DNA of 39,310 nt from a bacterium. Lineage in GTDB: Bacteria; UBP14; UBA6098; B30-G16. Shown here piece after piece: positions 8,385-17,697 of the stretch (its first letter is position 1; every line of letters begins with the position of its first letter). Location of the stretch: the NCBI GenBank assembly GCA_021161555.1, contig JAGHAI010000108.1:1-39310 (forward strand), in the 5' to 3' direction. The notes under the pieces were generated by a model that was not told the DNA's origin, searched no databases, and saw nothing but the letters and a program-made list of their open reading frames with translations. Both the position numbers and the translations under genes were made by a program.

Positions 8385-9016
8385 TTGAGCACTCCTCTTG
8401 AAAATATGCGGTAAATCAAATCGGAGTCGAGTTCAATTTCGGACTGACCGAAAAACTTTTCCGTTAAAAATCCCCAAATAAGTCCACGCAAAACTGTCTG
8501 CAAATATTCCGTTTTTATGTAAAATTGCCCTTCATCGAAACGCCTGTAAAACTTGTTTGACATCTCCTGAATCCTGATCTTAAAATCTTCCACCGTCTGA
8601 TGAATCTGCTTCATAAAATCGTATGCACTGCTCGGCAACGAGTGATAAATAAACCTGAAAATATCCACATTCTCCGTGAAGTAGTCCATAACAGTTTGAA
8701 TTACTTGCTTGACCAGTTCATCGAACTCTCCTTCGCTCTCCATAATCGTCTGCAACTTATCGATTAAAATGTTCAATCTCATCCAGAAAATTTCCGAGAG
8801 AAGTTGCTCCTTATTTTTAAAATAAAGATACAGCGTTCCCTTTGAAAGCTCAGCTTTTTCGGCAATCTTGTCCATAGAAACACCGGCAATTCCTTCCTGT
8901 TTCAAAAGTTCCACCGTCGCGGATATAATTATCTCCCGACGCTGCCGTTTCTCCCTCTCTCTCCTCTCCTTCGTGGACAATTTATTCCCCCTTTTTATTG
9001 TTGTCTCTCCACTCAA
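8381..9016 (-). CDS. TetR/AcrR family transcriptional regulator
   Basis: SMDKIAEKAELSKGTLYLYFKNKEQL HTH; 4-nt overlap with tolC; TTG start uncertain. Confidence 0.93.
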   Translation of the reverse strand: MSGETTIKRGNKLSTKERREREKRQRREIIISATVELLKQEGIAGVSMDKIAEKAELSKGTLYLYFKNKEQLLSEIFWMRLNILIDKLQTIMESEGEFDELVKQVIQTVMDYFTENVDIFRFIYHSLPSSAYDFMKQIHQTVEDFKIRIQEMSNKFYRRFDEGQFYIKTEYLQTVLRGLIWGFLTEKFFGQSEIELDSDLIYRIFSRGVLK

Positions 9017-9035
9017 ATGACCCGCTATTAAGAAA

Positions 9036-9079
9036 ATGACTATGCAGTCATAATATGAAGATATATTTTTCTATGTCAA
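9036..9079 (-). promoter_or_regulatory. tetR promoter with overlapping palindromic operator
   Basis: Minus-strand TTGACA (9079-9074) with CATATT/TATTAT 16-18 nt downstream; palindrome ATGACT-ATGC-AGTCAT at 9036-9051. Confidence 0.7.
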
Positions 9080-9205
9080 GAGAAATTTTAAGCAATTTTT
9101 TAAATTTTTACTGAAAAAATCTATCGGTTGAAATTGACTGAAAATTTTGGGGATTATTTTTATCATTTGATTTTTTTACTTCATAAATTTATAATGTTTG
9201 AAATT

Positions 9206-10423
9206 ATGTCATCGCGATTAAAAATATCATTGTTTTTACTTTCACTGTTCGCCATTCAGGCGGTCTGGGGACAGGCTATATTTATCCTTCCATCAGAAAG
9301 GGGTTCGCCCCTTTCGGGAAATTTTAACTACCGCCTTTCAAGATGCGATTCTATGGTTATGATGAAGATATCCGTTCAGCTTTCCAACAATTCCCTGCAA
9401 TTTTTGAATAATAACGGGAATTTCAAAGCCCGATACCGCATCGACGGCGCTATATACAAGGGCGATGAACTCCTCGAAAATAAATCCATCGAAGATAGCG
9501 TGCTGGTAAACCATTTTTCCGAAACAAATCTCTCAGAGCCGTGGCAAGCTGGAACACTATCGTTCAAACTTCCAGCTGGAAAATACAGACTATTCATCAT
9601 TCTAAAAGACCGCAACGCAAAAACCGACGCGAAGGCAGAAGCGAGTATAAAAATCCCTGATTACAAAAAACTGCGCCTTTCCACACCGTGGTTTTTCGTT
9701 CCGCATAACGATTCTATAATAATTTCATCAAAAATTCCTGCAATATTCGACACACTGGGAATAGCAGCAAATGCTTACGACATCCCCGACGGCGCAAAAT
9801 GCGAACTGACAATCTCGGGAGTGCGATATCGAGCCAAAAAATATCCTGCAAAACTTGGATTTGAAGGGAAAGATGCGATAATTACTGCACTATTCGTAAT
9901 CTCGGAAATGCCAGGGGGAGAATACGAAGCAAAACTGACGCTGAAAAACAGAAAAGGCAAAAAAATTGCATCGGCAAAGACGGAATTCACCATCGTTCAA
10001 ACGCCTCTATCGATGTATCGCTTTCACTTCGACGAGCTCTTAAGGCAGCTGGAACTCATCGCAAATCCCTCCGAGGTGAACGCCCTCGAAGATGCAGATT
10101 CAACAACACGAGACTCACTCTGGGAAGATTTCTGGAAAAAGCGAGACCCTACACCATCCACAGAGCTGAACGAAGTTAAAGAGGAATTTTTCAAAAGAGT
10201 GCAGTATGCAAACGAAAATTTTGGAACCCCGACAAAACGCGGCTGGGAAACGGACAGAGGCAGAGTTTACATAACTTATGGGCAACCAAATGAAATCGAA
10301 CGACACCCATTTGAAATCAACACATATCCATACGAAGTGTGGTATTATTATTCTCTCGGGCTTACATTTGTGTTCGTCGATACCTTTGGAGACGGCGATT
10401 ATCAATTGCGAGAGACGAGATAA
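9206..10423 (+). CDS. GWxTD domain-containing exported protein
   Basis: FWKKRDPTP..NE..EEFFKRVQYAN..GWETDRGRVYITYGQP; signal peptide if started at ATG 9206. Confidence 0.9.
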   Translation: MSSRLKISLFLLSLFAIQAVWGQAIFILPSERGSPLSGNFNYRLSRCDSMVMMKISVQLSNNSLQFLNNNGNFKARYRIDGAIYKGDELLENKSIEDSVLVNHFSETNLSEPWQAGTLSFKLPAGKYRLFIILKDRNAKTDAKAEASIKIPDYKKLRLSTPWFFVPHNDSIIISSKIPAIFDTLGIAANAYDIPDGAKCELTISGVRYRAKKYPAKLGFEGKDAIITALFVISEMPGGEYEAKLTLKNRKGKKIASAKTEFTIVQTPLSMYRFHFDELLRQLELIANPSEVNALEDADSTTRDSLWEDFWKKRDPTPSTELNEVKEEFFKRVQYANENFGTPTKRGWETDRGRVYITYGQPNEIERHPFEINTYPYEVWYYYSLGLTFVFVDTFGDGDYQLRETR

Positions 10424-10480
10424 CCAATTATAATTATAACCAGCTATGACCAATTATAACCAATCAATAACGACCAGATG
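10421..10480. repeat. Degenerate 10-bp tandem repeat (TAACCAATTA-like, about 5 copies)
   Basis: TAACCAATTA 10421, TAACCAGCTA 10437, TGACCAATTA 10447, TAACCAATCA 10457, CGACCAGATG 10471. Confidence 0.6.
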
Positions 10481-10508
10481 ATTGAAAAAATTATCGGAGG
10501 ACGAAAAG

Positions 10509-10814
10509 ATGTTTGGAAAGGATTTTATGAAAAAACTTCAGCAGGCACAGTCGGCAATTTCAGAAATGCAGGCAAAACTTGACGAAATAAAGGTGGAATT
10601 TTCCACCGGCGGCGGTATGGTCACCGTCGTTATGAACGGGAAAAAGGAACTTCTCGATTTGCGCATAGATGCACAGGTCGTTGACCCGAACGATGTGGAA
10701 ATGCTCCAGGACTTGATTATAGCTGCCATAAATGGCGCTTCTATGCAGGTTGAAGACGAAATTCAAAAACAGATGGGAGATTTGCAAAATCTGCTGGGAA
10801 CTAACATCATATAA
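10509..10814 (+). CDS. ybaB: YbaB/EbfC nucleoid-associated protein
   Basis: GGGMVTVVMNG..D..MLQDLIIAAIN; GGAGG SD supports ATG 10509. Confidence 0.93.
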   Translation: MFGKDFMKKLQQAQSAISEMQAKLDEIKVEFSTGGGMVTVVMNGKKELLDLRIDAQVVDPNDVEMLQDLIIAAINGASMQVEDEIQKQMGDLQNLLGTNII

Positions 10815-10834
10815 TATAAAAAAGGAGCGAAAAA

Positions 10835-11980
10835 TTGAAGACGAATTATGATGTAGCAATAATTGGCGGCGGTATTATCGGCTGCGCCATTGCATACGAA
10901 TTGTGCAAACTCGGAATAAACGATATCGTCGTCTTTGAAAAAAGTTATATATCTTCTGGTTCAACGGGGCGCTGTGGAGCAGGAGTCCGTCAGCAGTGGG
11001 GACTAAAACTCAATGCACTTCTCGCAAAAAAGAGCGTGGAAATTTTCGAAAACCTATCCGATGAACTCGGAATGGACATCGAATTCAGGCAGGGGGGATA
11101 TCTGGTTCTGGCACACAATGAGAAACAGGTGGAACAGTTTGAAAAAAATATTGCACTTCAAAATTCGCTTGGCATTCCGTCCCGATTTGTTGACCACAGG
11201 GAAGCAAAGGAAATCTGCCCGCCTATAAACACAGAATCTTTCATCGCTGCCACATATTGCCCCACAGACGGACACGCAAATCCATTTTTGACCAATTTTG
11301 CATACGCAAATGCGGCAGAACGGCTCGGCGCAGAAATCAGAAAATACACCGAAGTAATTGACATCATCGTGGAAAATGGAGCGGTAAAGGGCGTTATGTT
11401 GAAAAATGGCGAAAAAATTTATGCTCCTGTGGTGGTAAATGCCGCAGGTCCCTGGTCTAAAGAAGTGGCTAAAATGGCTGGCGTTGACATTCCCACATAT
11501 CCCGAAAGACACCAGATACTCGTCACTGAACCGCTTGAAAGAATGTTCGATACAATGGTCATTTCGTTTCAAATCGGGATTTATTTGCAACAGGTTCCCC
11601 ACGGCAGTTTTGTTATGGGCATAGGCGAGAAGGAAGAGCCATCGCACAATTATAGAAGTTCCTGGCAGTTTTTAGAATTCATAACCGGTGAACTACTGAA
11701 CATTTTACCTGTGATGTCGCAGGTTAGAATAGTTCGGCAGTGGGCAGGTTCCTATAATCGCACGCCAGACGCCGCCCCAATCCTTGGAGAACACCCGAAA
11801 GTAAAGGGATTTTTCCAAGCTGTGGGATTTTCCGGACACGGATTTATGATTGGACCGATGACCGCAAGAACTATCGCACAACTCATCGCCGGGGAGGAGC
11901 CGGAAATTGACATATCACCGCTTTCAGTTGAAAGGTTCGAGCGAGGCGAGCTCGTCGTTGAGCCAAGTGTGGTGGGATAG
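10835..11980 (+). CDS. FAD-dependent oxidoreductase, DAO family (sarcosine oxidase beta / proline dehydrogenase beta-like)
   Basis: IIGGGIIG, GSTGRCGAGVRQQW, TPDAAPILG, GFSGHGFM; AAGGAG SD with TTG start. Confidence 0.9.
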   Translation: MKTNYDVAIIGGGIIGCAIAYELCKLGINDIVVFEKSYISSGSTGRCGAGVRQQWGLKLNALLAKKSVEIFENLSDELGMDIEFRQGGYLVLAHNEKQVEQFEKNIALQNSLGIPSRFVDHREAKEICPPINTESFIAATYCPTDGHANPFLTNFAYANAAERLGAEIRKYTEVIDIIVENGAVKGVMLKNGEKIYAPVVVNAAGPWSKEVAKMAGVDIPTYPERHQILVTEPLERMFDTMVISFQIGIYLQQVPHGSFVMGIGEKEEPSHNYRSSWQFLEFITGELLNILPVMSQVRIVRQWAGSYNRTPDAAPILGEHPKVKGFFQAVGFSGHGFMIGPMTARTIAQLIAGEEPEIDISPLSVERFERGELVVEPSVVG

Positions 11981-12108
11981 AAATCCTTTGGAATTAACTC
12001 ATACTTGCTATATTATTTAGCAAGAGTGTTATAAAATATTAAATTACACGGCATCTCGTTGATTTAAGATGAATAGAAACCGACAACAAATTAAATACTG
12101 GAGGAAAT

Positions 12109-12840
12109 ATGCCGAGGCTTTCTGTAAATGTTGACCACATCGCAACTCTTCGTCAATTGAGGGGAACGAAATATCCTGACCCGGTGCTGGCTGCGTATCT
12201 TGCGGAACTTGGCGGAGCCGACGGAATCACAATTCATCTGAGACAGGACAGAAGACACATTCAGGACAGAGACCTGTTTTTGTTGAGGCAAACAGTTTCA
12301 ACACATCTCACCCTTGAAATGGCGCCCACAGAAGGTATGGCTCAAATTGCGCTCAAAGCTCTGCCCGATATGGTCACGCTCGTCCCCGAAAGGAGCGGAG
12401 AAAACACAACGGAGCGCGGGTTCAATCTCGAACAGGAAGGCGGAGAAATCGAACCCATCGTGAGAAAATTACAGGAAGGCGGAATGGAAGTTTCCCTATT
12501 CATCGACCCCACAGAAACAAATGTCCGCATCGCTGGTGAAATTTCTGCCGATTTCGTCGAACTCAACACGACCTTTTATGCCGAATCGGAAGATTTTGAA
12601 AAGGAGCTCGAAGAACTTGATAAAATCGAACGGGCTGCAAATCTTGCAGTTAAGCAAAAATTAGGCGTTGCCGTTGGACACGCTCTCGACTATCAAAATG
12701 TCCTGAACATCGCAGAAATTTCCGCCGTCGAAGAATTTTCAATCGGACACAGCATAATATGCCGGGCAGCTCTGGTCGGTATGGAAAGAGCAACTCGGGA
12801 AATGAAGGAACTTATTACGCGAACGGGCACTGACAGATAA
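12109..12840 (+). CDS. pdxJ: Pyridoxine 5'-phosphate synthase
   Basis: LSVNVDHIATLR, GITIHLRQDRRHI, VTLVPE, IGHSII. Confidence 0.97.
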   Translation: MPRLSVNVDHIATLRQLRGTKYPDPVLAAYLAELGGADGITIHLRQDRRHIQDRDLFLLRQTVSTHLTLEMAPTEGMAQIALKALPDMVTLVPERSGENTTERGFNLEQEGGEIEPIVRKLQEGGMEVSLFIDPTETNVRIAGEISADFVELNTTFYAESEDFEKELEELDKIERAANLAVKQKLGVAVGHALDYQNVLNIAEISAVEEFSIGHSIICRAALVGMERATREMKELITRTGTDR

Positions 12841-12928
12841 ACTGTTATAAAACTTCAATTATTACGAAATACAATTCACATTGATTTTTACCAAAATCCT
12901 TTATTCAGATGAAACAGTTTAAAAACTC

Positions 12929-12956
12929 TTGAAATCGCGAATTATTTTGCTATATT
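12929..12956 (+). promoter_or_regulatory. Promoter for the 180-nt ncRNA
   Basis: TTGAAA, 16 nt, extended -10 TGc-TATATT; predicted +1 near G12963. Confidence 0.6.
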
Positions 12957-12962
12957 TTATTT

Positions 12963-13142
12963 GCGGGAAGGGAATATAAACCCCAACACTAGTCCAATGG
13001 AGGGTGCTCCCGGATGTTGAGCTAACGCGATGACCTTCGTTTGAGGCTTCGGCTTTGAACGAAGCGAGCGGATGCAAAAGACTGATGGCGGCTATAAAAT
13101 CCTCTAATGTGCCCTTAGGTAGGGTTTGGACAACCTTCCCGC
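12963..13142 (+). ncRNA. 180-nt rod-shaped structured RNA, 6S-like candidate or novel ncRNA
   Basis: End pairing GCGGGAAGG/CCTTCCCGC, nested helices, 13-bp apical stem with cUUCGg loop, upstream promoter and downstream T run. Confidence 0.7.
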
Positions 13143-13444
13143 ATATTTTTTCCCTGAAAACACATTTCAAATTCCTCCAAAAAACCGCTAATTCCACAAG
13201 TAGCCCATTTAAGCTACCCTGAAATTCTGCTGCAAATAATTGGATATATGAAAAACTGAACAAAATTTTGTATTTGACTTTTTTAAATAATTTTACTATT
13301 AAGAAAAATTTGAATAATAAAAAATCATTAACTTCGGGCAAAATCAACAACTTCGCATAGAGGACAGTTTCGTCGGTATGTTCCTTGCAATGATATTTTA
13401 TGCTCATTTCGTAAAAACAAAGATTTTATAAATAGGAGGGAAAA

Positions 13445-14059
13445 ATGTATCTTGTCGGCATCACGGGGATGATAGCTTCGGGCAAGAGCACAGTTGCTAA
13501 ATTATATAAAGAAATGGGCGCATATCTTCTCGATGCGGATAAAATAGGGCATCAACTTTTGAACAACAATACCATCAAAAGGCGAATAATTGAGACCTTC
13601 GGGCGTGAAGTATTGGACGAAAAGGGCGCAATAGACAGAAAGAAACTGGCGGACATCGTATTCTCAAATGGAGAAAAACTGGAGCAACTGAATGAAATAA
13701 CGGAAAAACCGATAACATCCATTCTCCGAGAAAAGATAATGGAACTTCAGGATGCAGGATTTCCAGGCATAATAGTCATAGATGCCGCACTTCTTCCCAA
13801 GTGGGAACTGCGAAAAGTTATGGATGTCATTGTTCTTGTGGAATCGCCAAAATGGCAGTTGAAGAACAGGCTCGTTCGTCAGCGAGGCTATGCATCCGAC
13901 GATGCAGAGCGCAGAATAAAAGCTCAGGAAAAAATCTTCGTGGATTTTCATCCGCAGAAATCGATTGTCGTAAAAAACAACGGCGACTTTTTGGAACTCC
14001 GCTCAAACGCTATGGCAGTGTGGATGCAGATTAAGGAACTCGCAAAAAAGAAAAAATGA
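13445..14059 (+). CDS. coaE: Dephospho-CoA kinase
   Basis: VGITGMIASGKSTV P-loop, DADKIGH, IDRKKLADIVF; AGGAGG SD. Confidence 0.95.
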   Translation: MYLVGITGMIASGKSTVAKLYKEMGAYLLDADKIGHQLLNNNTIKRRIIETFGREVLDEKGAIDRKKLADIVFSNGEKLEQLNEITEKPITSILREKIMELQDAGFPGIIVIDAALLPKWELRKVMDVIVLVESPKWQLKNRLVRQRGYASDDAERRIKAQEKIFVDFHPQKSIVVKNNGDFLELRSNAMAVWMQIKELAKKKK

Positions 14060-14068
14060 AAAACCAGG

Positions 14069-14839
14069 TCATTTCCCCTTCGCCTCGTTCCAGAATTTGT
14101 CCATTATTTCCAGTGTCGGTTCTTCTATCTTTTCCTCGCGCAACTTCTTCTCTATGTATCGAAATCGTTTTGAAAACTTTTCGTTCGTTCTGCGCAGTGC
14201 CATCTCGGAATTTATTTTTAAAAATCTCGCAAGATTTGTAATTACGAACAGCACATCGCCGATTTCATCCTCGATTTTATCCGCGTCGTTCGATTTGAGC
14301 GCTTCATCCAGTTCTGATATTTCCTCGCGCAGTTTTTCCCTTACATCTTCGATTTCAGTCCAATCGAACCCGATGCGCGCCGCCTTTTCCTGCATCCTTT
14401 GAGCAACAAGAAGCGCCGGCATCGAACGCGGAATGCCATCGAGCAGTGAGGCATTTTCGTCATTTTCCTTGCGCTCAGAAAGTTTTATATTCTCCCAGTT
14501 GTGCAGGACTTCGTCCGCGCCGGATACTTCCACATCGCCGAAGACATGGGGATGTCGCCTGATAAGTTTTGCGCACACATATTCAATCACATCGTCTATG
14601 TCGAAATCGCCCGCTTCTGCGCGAATGTCCGTATGAAAAATTATGTGGAGAAGCACATCCCCGAGTTCCTCCTTCATATCATCATAATTTTCGCTGTCTA
14701 TCGCATCGACAAGTTCATACACTTCCTCGATGAGATAGGGCCGCAGAGATTTATGCGTCTGTTCTCTATCCCAGGGACATCCGTCAGGGGCACGGAGACG
14801 GCGAACTATTTTGACCAATCTGTCAAATGATTTGCTCAT
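14069..14839 (-). CDS. mazG: Nucleoside triphosphate pyrophosphohydrolase MazG
   Basis: GCPWDREQTH, EELGDVLL, KLIRRHPHVFG, second domain EIGDVLF; start at MSKSF. Confidence 0.97.
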   Translation of the reverse strand: MSKSFDRLVKIVRRLRAPDGCPWDREQTHKSLRPYLIEEVYELVDAIDSENYDDMKEELGDVLLHIIFHTDIRAEAGDFDIDDVIEYVCAKLIRRHPHVFGDVEVSGADEVLHNWENIKLSERKENDENASLLDGIPRSMPALLVAQRMQEKAARIGFDWTEIEDVREKLREEISELDEALKSNDADKIEDEIGDVLFVITNLARFLKINSEMALRRTNEKFSKRFRYIEKKLREEKIEEPTLEIMDKFWNEAKGK

Positions 14840-14951
14840 TTCAACCGCTTTCTTGATAAGATTCCGTTTATTTATTTGTGATTTCGTCGCTAAATTATAT
14901 ATTAAAAAAAGTTTTTTGAAACCAAAATTTCTTCCCATAATTTAATTTGCG

Positions 14952-15563
14952 ATGAGCGAACTAAAAGCAATCATAGGTCTTGGCAATCCAGGAGACAGAT
15001 ATTCAAATACACGGCACAACATAGGTTATCTCGTCGTCGATGCCCTTCTGCAAAAATTTCGCGGGAACTGGAAACCAGGTCGGGGAAACTTTTTCTACGC
15101 ACAGGTGAAAATTGGAGGGAAATCTATTTATCTTCTGCGCTCATCGACATATATGAACGACAGCGGCATCGGAGTGACAGGCGCTGTGCAAAAGTTAAAT
15201 TTTTTTCCGGATGAACTACTTGTGATTCTCGACGATTTTGCACTTCCGTTCGGGCAAATTCGCATAAGAAAAAGCGGCTCAGACGGCGGGCACAACGGTC
15301 TCGCATCGATAATATATCATCTGAATACACAGGATTTTCCACGAATGCGCATCGGCATCGGACCGCTGCCCGATGGAATGAGCAGCGCCAATTTTGTTCT
15401 CGGTGAATTTCTCGAAGACGAACGGAAAGCACTTCCTCAAATAATCGATAGATGTTCCGATGCTGTGGTCGTCGCAGTTCGGCAGGGAATTGACAGGGCA
15501 ATGGAAAAATTCAATAGACGCATAAACGAGAAAGATAGAGAACTGCAGAACAACAAAATATAA
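14952..15563 (+). CDS. pth: Peptidyl-tRNA hydrolase
   Basis: GLGNPG..TRHNIG, TYMNDSG, GGHNGL. Confidence 0.97.
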   Translation: MSELKAIIGLGNPGDRYSNTRHNIGYLVVDALLQKFRGNWKPGRGNFFYAQVKIGGKSIYLLRSSTYMNDSGIGVTGAVQKLNFFPDELLVILDDFALPFGQIRIRKSGSDGGHNGLASIIYHLNTQDFPRMRIGIGPLPDGMSSANFVLGEFLEDERKALPQIIDRCSDAVVVAVRQGIDRAMEKFNRRINEKDRELQNNKI

Positions 15564-15580
15564 ATTGGAGGGAGAAAAAA

Positions 15581-17374
15581 GTGAGGGAAAAATTATTATT
15601 GTCGGGCAATGAGGCAGTTGCCCGTGGCGCTTATGAAGCAGGCGTGCATTTCGCCGCTGCCTATCCGGGAACGCCATCGACGGAGATTCTCGAGGCGATA
15701 GCGAAAAACTACGCCGATAAAATCAAGTGCCAGTGGGCAACGAATGAAAAAGTCGCTGTGGAAGTCGGCATCGGAGCATGCTATGGCGGGGCAAGAACGC
15801 TGACAGCGATGAAACATGTCGGCGTGAATGTCGCGGCAGACCCACTTTTCACGCTATCGGAAACGGGAGTGAACGGCGGATTTATCCTCGTCTCCGCAGA
15901 CGACCCGGGGCTCCACTCATCTCAAAATGAGCAGGACAACAGAAGATATGCAAAATTTGCCAAAATGATTCTGCTCGAACCTTCCAATTCGCAGGAAGCA
16001 AAGGACTTCGTGAAAATAGGGATAAATCTTTCCGAAAAGTTCGACCTGCCTGTGATGTTGCGAATAACGACACGGATTTCCCATTCAAAAAGTGTGGTCG
16101 AAATCAGTGAACGCGAAGAAGTGCCGGTGAAGGAATACATCCCCGACATTAAGAAGCGAGTTGTGATACCATCGCACGCGAGAGTGCTGCACAGAAAACT
16201 CGAAGAGCGATTGCTCGAAGTGAAAAAATATGCGAACGAAATCGAAATTAACAAAATCATAGATGGAAATTACACAAAGGACGGCAAAAAAATCGGCATC
16301 ATTTCGAGCGGTATTTCTTTTAATTATGCTCGTGAAGTTTTTCCCGACGCAAGAATGTTGAAACTCGGTATGCCATATCCTTTCCCTGTGGAGCTTGCCA
16401 GAGAATTTGTGGATTCGGTGGATGAGATATGGATAATTGAGGAAAATGAGCCGTTCATAGAAGAGGAACTTCGCATAGCGGAACTGGGCGACAAAATCAC
16501 AGTCGGCAAGGACAAAATTCCTCTCTGCGGGGAACTCAATCAGGCAATCATTCGCGAAGCCATTCTTGGAGAAACTCCTCGCACACCTGAAGTCGATGTA
16601 TCGCAACTGCCCGCAAGACCTCCCGTTCTCTGCCCTGGATGTCCACATAGAGGAATATTTTATGTCGCGAAAAAGTTAAAACTGCACGGGACAACGGACA
16701 TAGGATGCTACACTCTTGGCGTAATTCCGCCGCTTGAACAGGGTGAAACCTGCAACTGTATGGGCGCATCCATCGGCGTCGCATACGGAATTGGCATCGC
16801 TCAGGGAAAGGAGGTCGGCAAAAAATTTCTGGCATACATCGGCGATTCGACATTTTTGCACAGCGGAATGACAGGATTGGTCAACATCGCATATAACAAA
16901 GGAAATACCGTGGTCTGCATACTCGATAATTCCACCACAGCGATGACAGGACACCAGCCACATCCAGGGACGGGCATTACGATAACGGGCGAAAAAACCT
17001 TCAAGGCGGACTATGCGGAAATAGCGAAGGCGCTCGGCATAAAAAAGGTTTTCAAGACCGACGCATACAATCTGCAGGAAATTGAAAAGGCCCTGAAGGA
17101 AGCAACGGAAACCGACGAACCCGCAGTAATCATCAATCAGGGGCGATGTATTCTGCTCGACTGGAAAAAACTGGACATCGTTCCGTTCCGCGTTGACCCG
17201 GAAAAATGCACCGCCTGTGGAATATGTCTGCGCGTCGGCTGCCCCGCAATATCAAAGGACCCGAAAACAGGAAAAGCAGTGATAGACGAACTGCTCTGCG
17301 CCGGTAACTACTGCACCGTATGCGCACAGGTTTGCCCATTTGATGCAATTTCTCAGGCGGACGATGATAATTAA
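15581..17374 (+). CDS. iorA: Indolepyruvate:ferredoxin oxidoreductase alpha subunit
   Basis: GNEAVARGA, YPGTPSTE, SSQNEQD, LCPGCPHR, GDSTFLHSG, C-terminal 4Fe-4S motifs. Confidence 0.96.
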   Translation: MREKLLLSGNEAVARGAYEAGVHFAAAYPGTPSTEILEAIAKNYADKIKCQWATNEKVAVEVGIGACYGGARTLTAMKHVGVNVAADPLFTLSETGVNGGFILVSADDPGLHSSQNEQDNRRYAKFAKMILLEPSNSQEAKDFVKIGINLSEKFDLPVMLRITTRISHSKSVVEISEREEVPVKEYIPDIKKRVVIPSHARVLHRKLEERLLEVKKYANEIEINKIIDGNYTKDGKKIGIISSGISFNYAREVFPDARMLKLGMPYPFPVELAREFVDSVDEIWIIEENEPFIEEELRIAELGDKITVGKDKIPLCGELNQAIIREAILGETPRTPEVDVSQLPARPPVLCPGCPHRGIFYVAKKLKLHGTTDIGCYTLGVIPPLEQGETCNCMGASIGVAYGIGIAQGKEVGKKFLAYIGDSTFLHSGMTGLVNIAYNKGNTVVCILDNSTTAMTGHQPHPGTGITITGEKTFKADYAEIAKALGIKKVFKTDAYNLQEIEKALKEATETDEPAVIINQGRCILLDWKKLDIVPFRVDPEKCTACGICLRVGCPAISKDPKTGKAVIDELLCAGNYCTVCAQVCPFDAISQADDDN

Positions 17375-17390
17375 AAAAATCCTGCTGGCG
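17364..17390 (+). pseudogene. Possible 9-codon stub of iorB (MIIKKILLA)
   Basis: ATG overlaps the iorA 3' end and reads like the IorB start (..ILLA-GVGGQG), breaking off just before the glycine motif. Confidence 0.4.
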
Positions 17391-17407
17391 AAAAATTTTT
17401 TTAGAAA

Positions 17408-17442
17408 CAGCGGGCGGTAAAAAATCGCCCGCTGAATTTTTT
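17408..17442 (+). terminator. Intrinsic terminator between convergent iorA and hicA
   Basis: CAGCGGGCGGT-loop-ATCGCCCGCTG followed by AATTTTTT. Confidence 0.8.
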
Positions 17443-17472
17443 AAAAAATACTTCGTTCGCCTTTTTCGGTGT

Positions 17473-17697
17473 CTATAAAAGTTTTTCCAATTCTTCCCAG
17501 TGCATTCCTATATCTTTCAAAATTTTCTTCAATATTCCCTTTGAGACATCCCTCCCCTTATGAACGGGAATAGTCAACCACCTACCATCTTTATTTTTCA
17601 TCACAATATGACTGCCGCTGGAACGAATTTTCTTAAACCCAAGTTTCTCAAGTGCGCGCAGAAGTTTCGTGGGACTAACTGGATGCAGTCGGCTCAT
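17473..17697 (-). CDS. hicA: HicA-family mRNA interferase toxin
   Basis: ALEKLGF..RSSGSH..TIPVHKGRDVSKGILKKIL; GGAGG SD supports ATG 17697. Confidence 0.92.
   Translation of the reverse strand: MSRLHPVSPTKLLRALEKLGFKKIRSSGSHIVMKNKDGRWLTIPVHKGRDVSKGILKKILKDIGMHWEELEKLL

Noticed and set aside
10421-10480. CRISPR array
   Set aside because: Units are 10 bp without unique spacers, and there are no cas genes in the window.
13330-13390. Possible c-di-GMP riboswitch (GGGCAAAATC) upstream of coaE
   Set aside because: Lacks the GAAA-capped P1 and GCAAAGC/GGTCTAA elements.
12919-13407. 162-aa minus-strand ORF across the pdxJ-coaE gap
   Set aside because: No recognisable motifs; it runs through AT-rich promoter DNA and antisense to the structured RNA.
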